NCBI RefSeq assembly: GCF_000009045.1 | Contig: NC_000964.3 | Span: 1,500,001-1,532,000, forward strand | Origin: Bacillus subtilis subsp. subtilis str. 168 | GTDB taxonomy: Bacteria; Bacillota; Bacilli; Bacillales; Bacillaceae | Length of the DNA stretch: 32,000 nt | Direction of reading: 5' to 3' | Shown: positions 27,922 to 32,000 of the stretch, in pieces | How the letters are laid out: each line of letters starts with the position of its first letter | Numbering within the stretch: the stretch's first letter is position 1 | Program-made: the position numbers and the translations under genes | The notes under the pieces: model-generated | What the model saw: the letters and a program-made list of their open reading frames with translations, nothing else | Told to the model about the DNA's origin: nothing | The model's database searches: none

Positions 27922-28077
27922 GAATGAAATGCGATTCGGATTTCGTTCAAAATTTTCATTTCTATTGTAGTACAGCATAGTAAGGTATACTAGTACAGTT
28001 TTGGGTGCGGTTGGCATCTGTTTTTTTGATGAAAATGTAAAGCGAATACATTTATTGAAAATCAGCGATGAAAACGA

Positions 28078-28107
28078 TTGACGGTTCTTCTTTATTTGGT
28101 GTAAACT
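28078..28107 (+). promoter_or_regulatory. Candidate SigA promoter of pdhABCD
   Basis: TTGACG (28078-28083), 18-nt spacer, TAAACT (28102-28107). Confidence 0.6.
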
Positions 28108-28319
28108 AATCCATGTTAAGCGGTGTTGTATTAGTTTTTTACAACTTCGAAATAATACAGTTCAAAGCAGAGTGTAACTATCCTACATAAAAGGTTTTGG
28201 CAAACTGGGGATCGGCTAAAATATAATACGACTTACTGCTGATACTTTAGGGTACCCTAAGTTTGTATGTATAAAAGGAATGCACGTCTAATGACTGTTT
28301 AAAAGAAAGGAAGAGGTGA

Positions 28320-29441
<1,122 letters not shown>

Positions 29442-29444
29442 GCC

Positions 29445-30422
29445 ATGGCGCAAATGACAATGATTCAAGCAATCACGGATGCGTTACGCACAGAACTGAA
29501 AAATGACGAAAATGTCTTAGTTTTCGGAGAAGACGTTGGTGTAAACGGCGGCGTATTCCGTGCGACAGAAGGATTGCAAAAAGAATTCGGTGAAGACCGT
29601 GTGTTTGACACGCCACTTGCTGAATCTGGTATCGGCGGTCTTGCCCTTGGTTTAGGCTTAAACGGCTTCCGTCCGGTAATGGAAATCCAATTCTTCGGAT
29701 TTGTTTATGAAGTAATGGATTCAGTTTCTGGCCAAATGGCTCGTATGCGCTACCGTTCTGGCGGACGCTGGACTTCACCTGTAACAATTCGTTCTCCATT
29801 CGGCGGCGGTGTTCATACTCCTGAACTTCACGCTGACAGCTTGGAAGGTCTTGTTGCACAACAGCCTGGTATCAAAGTTGTTATTCCATCAACTCCTTAC
29901 GATGCCAAAGGACTTTTAATTTCTGCGATCAGAGACAATGATCCTGTTGTCTTCTTAGAGCATATGAAGCTTTACCGTTCTTTCCGTCAGGAAGTTCCTG
30001 AAGAAGAATACACAATTGAGCTTGGAAAAGCTGACGTGAAACGTGAAGGTACTGATCTTTCAATCATCACTTACGGCGCAATGGTTCATGAATCATTAAA
30101 AGCTGCTGATGAGCTTGAAAAAGACGGCATTTCTGCTGAAGTTGTCGACCTTCGTACAGTAAGCCCACTTGATATCGATACAATTATCGCCTCTGTAGAA
30201 AAAACAGGACGCGCGATTGTCGTTCAAGAGGCACAAAAACAAGCCGGTATTGCTGCAAACGTAGTAGCAGAAATTAATGACCGTGCGATCCTGAGCTTGG
30301 AAGCACCTGTACTTCGCGTTGCAGCGCCAGATACAGTATTTCCTTTCTCTCAAGCGGAGAGCGTATGGCTTCCAAACCATAAAGACGTTCTTGAAACAGC
30401 AAGAAAAGTGCTTGAATTTTAA
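29445..30422 (+). CDS. pdhB: Pyruvate dehydrogenase E1 beta subunit
   Basis: 325 aa [44 protein letters not shown]; transketolase-type domains. Confidence 0.96.
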   Translation: MAQMTMIQAITDALRTELKNDENVLVFGEDVGVNGGVFRATEGLQKEFGEDRVFDTPLAESGIGGLALGLGLNGFRPVMEIQFFGFVYEVMDSVSGQMARMRYRSGGRWTSPVTIRSPFGGGVHTPELHADSLEGLVAQQPGIKVVIPSTPYDAKGLLISAIRDNDPVVFLEHMKLYRSFRQEVPEEEYTIELGKADVKREGTDLSIITYGAMVHESLKAADELEKDGISAEVVDLRTVSPLDIDTIIASVEKTGRAIVVQEAQKQAGIAANVVAEINDRAILSLEAPVLRVAAPDTVFPFSQAESVWLPNHKDVLETARKVLEF

Positions 30423-30438
30423 TCAAACTGCATAATCG

Positions 30439-30464
30439 AGAGGGAAGATGAACGTTTTCCCTCT
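30439..30464 (+). terminator. Intra-operon stem-loop between pdhB and pdhC
   Basis: AGAGGGAA-GATGAACGTT-TTCCCTCT, perfect 8-bp stem, weakly U-rich downstream (ATTATATATCTGTTTT). Confidence 0.5.
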
Positions 30465-30536
30465 ATTATATATCTGTTTTCAATGCTTACGATGTAAACT
30501 TTAAAATTGCTTAATCAAACTAGGAGGTCGAGAACT

Positions 30537-32000
<1,464 letters not shown>

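Noticed and set aside
29473-29859. 128-aa minus-strand ORF opposite pdhB
   Set aside because: Antisense shadow of a highly conserved gene with no recognisable protein features.

Overview
This is an ordinary, gene-dense stretch of Bacillus subtilis-group chromosome. Protein sequences and gene order match the yknU to pdhD interval as I know it from B. subtilis. From left to right:
- yknU (5' truncated) and yknV
- yknWXYZ
- fruR-fruK-fruA
- sipT
- ykoA
- ykpA and ykpB
- ampS, ykpC and mreBH
- abh, kinC and ykqA
- ktrC and adeC
- rpoY-rnjA
- ykrA and defB
- a tiny YjcZ-type membrane peptide
- ykyA
- pdhABC and the first codons of pdhD

I see no CRISPR array, rRNA, tRNA, prophage or transposon signature, and no convincing new multi-gene system. 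The items worth a second look are small. They are an unlisted 23-aa arginine/lysine-rich ORF with a strong RBS and its own hairpin between ykrA and rpoY, a 23-bp perfect inverted repeat over the putative rpoY-rnjA promoter, and a 52-aa Gly/Tyr/Cys peptide with a SigK-like promoter. There is also a long pdhA leader with a second promoter-like element and a perfect 14-bp palindrome, an intra-operon hairpin between pdhB and pdhC, a combined operator/cre-like site at fruR, and ECF-sigma promoter motifs ahead of yknW and abh. Gene names come from recall of the families and synteny, not from a database search.
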